The position numbers and the translations under genes are program-made. 64,000 nt of DNA, from positions 9,070 through 73,069 of the forward strand of contig JAAYUE010000083.1 of the NCBI GenBank assembly GCA_012517905.1. The letters are read 5' to 3'. The notes under the pieces were generated by a model. The model had not been told where the DNA came from, searched no databases, and saw only the letters and a list, made by a program, of their open reading frames with translations. Positions 63,197 through 64,000 of the stretch are shown here, in pieces; positions within the stretch are counted from its first letter, which is position 1, and each line of letters opens with the position of its first letter. The stretch comes from Clostridiales bacterium. GTDB taxonomy: Bacteria > Bacillota > Clostridia > Christensenellales > CAG-138.

Positions 63197-64000
63197 GCGC
63201 GCGCAGACGGCGGCCGAACACGGCCGCGCCGGCGCAGGCATCCGCATCGGAACGCTGGCCGCTTAGATTGTTGCAGCAGGCCGTCGTGCTGCTGCTCGCC
63301 GTGCTCGGATTCCTCTTTTGCCTGCTCTCGAGCTATCAGCTCGACCTGCCCGTTTCAACGCTGGTCCTGACGGCGCTCGCCTTTTCCCTGCTGGCGCTGG
63401 GCGTGTTTTCCTTCCGCCGATACGGCATCCTCGCGCTCGTATGCCTGCTGGCCGCGGGCGCCTGGGTCTGGGTTCACGCATCCGAACTTCAGCAGGGGTT
63501 TCTGCTACTCATCGAGCAGGCGATCACGCCGCTTTCGCTGCGCCTGCCGGAGTCGCTCGGCCAGCTGCTGCAGCCCGTCGGCGAGGACTACGCCCTGCGG
63601 CTCATGACGCAGGCGCTGCAGCTTGCGCTCTTCCTCGTTTCGTTTGCCGCGGGGTATTTCACCGTCTGCCATGCCAGCGTGCCGGGGCTTGCGCTCTCCA
63701 CGCTGCCGCTGCTGCTGCCCGCGCCGTTCTACCTGCTCGCGCCCGGCGTCGTGCCGTTCTTTGCGCTCCTGACCGCGCATCTGATGGTGTTTGCGTTCAA
63801 CAACGGCCGGCGCGCGCCGACCACGCTCCGCGCGGGGGCTTATGTCCCGCAGACCCGCCGCAAGGCCGAGCTCTCCGCCCGGCGCACCGCGCAGCAGACG
63901 CTTTCGCTCCTTGCGCTCCCGCTCATCGCGCTCGCTGCGCTGCTCTCGAGCGTCACCCTGCCACAGGAGGGGTATACGCGCCCCGAAGCGATTGAAGCGC
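63193..64000 (+). CDS. Polytopic membrane protein, probably the N-terminus of a transglutaminase-like protein (partial, runs off the window)
   Basis: ATGA overlap with the DUF58 stop. Hand translation MSARRRRPNTAAPAQASASERWPLRLLQQAVVLLLAVLGFLFCLL... stays open to 64000. It is absent from the track because it has no stop. It occupies the position of the third gene of MoxR/DUF58 triads. Confidence 0.6.
   Translation, partial: MSARRRRPNTAAPAQASASERWPLRLLQQAVVLLLAVLGFLFCLLSSYQLDLPVSTLVLTALAFSLLALGVFSFRRYGILALVCLLAAGAWVWVHASELQQGFLLLIEQAITPLSLRLPESLGQLLQPVGEDYALRLMTQALQLALFLVSFAAGYFTVCHASVPGLALSTLPLLLPAPFYLLAPGVVPFFALLTAHLMVFAFNNGRRAPTTLRAGAYVPQTRRKAELSARRTAQQTLSLLALPLIALAALLSSVTLPQEGYTRPEAIEA

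Noticed and set aside
63318-63995. 225-aa plus-strand ORF from the track in the last 700 bp.
   Set aside because: It has Arg/Ala/Pro-rich junk composition. The frame starting at 63193 (ATGA-coupled to DUF58) encodes hydrophobic TM segments and is the real gene. It is missing from the track only because it has no stop within the window.
1-64000. CRISPR arrays, rRNA/tRNA genes, IS elements, integrases and prophage genes.
   Set aside because: No regularly spaced repeat array, no tRNA cloverleaf candidates, and no transposase-, integrase- or phage-like translations were seen in any frame of the track.

Overview
Gene-dense, high-GC chromosomal segment that looks like a Firmicutes/Clostridia genome: GGAGG-type RBSs, many lipobox lipoproteins, and a lipoprotein-anchored TRAP binding protein. 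I saw no rRNA, tRNA, CRISPR array, transposase or integrase.

Layout:
(1) 1.8-13.5 kb, plus strand. An alpha-glucoside locus: ABC importer, two tandem GH65 phosphorylase-like genes, beta-phosphoglucomutase, a membrane-anchored beta-helix glycosidase-like protein, a membrane-anchored F5/8-type-C (CBM32-like) protein, and a LacI regulator.
(2) 13.6-21.4 kb. A second sugar ABC importer on the minus strand, ending in a GH65::beta-phosphoglucomutase fusion gene. A divergent AraC regulator sits beside it.
(3) 21.5-34.7 kb. A block of visibly lower GC and the most interesting locus. It encodes a PrpR-N/AAA+/Fis regulator with a degenerate sigma-54 domain, TRAP transporter DctPQM, a glycyl-radical-enzyme (GRE) activase, a 758-aa eliminase-type GRE, a PdxA-family dehydrogenase, two Zn-dependent alcohol dehydrogenases, and a DUF1537 four-carbon acid-sugar kinase. 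A glycerate kinase converges on it from the other strand.
(4) 36-40.6 kb. GNAT-like protein, GH127-like protein, MFS transporter.
(5) 40.7-45.7 kb, minus strand. An ABC-2 exporter operon ending in a 45-aa membrane micro-ORF and a TetR gene, with two palindromic operators at its promoter. A PadR plus membrane-protein pair follows.
(6) 45.8-46.2 kb. A structured, GC-rich, ORF-poor region with an orphan minus-strand terminator. It is a candidate ncRNA that I could not classify.
(7) 46.2-64 kb. Housekeeping and accessory genes: MBL hydrolase, GNAT, CCG-domain Fe-S protein, DnaQ-like exonuclease, thiamine diphosphokinase, two OmpR/HK two-component systems, two DegV proteins, an HTH protein, an alpha/beta hydrolase, a DUF2202 lipoprotein, a NapH-like polyferredoxin, an MFS transporter, and a MoxR-DUF58-membrane protein triad that runs off the window end.

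Most long ORFs in the track that lie antisense to these genes are high-GC shadow ORFs. All calls come from reading motifs in the translations and the DNA; no database search was possible.
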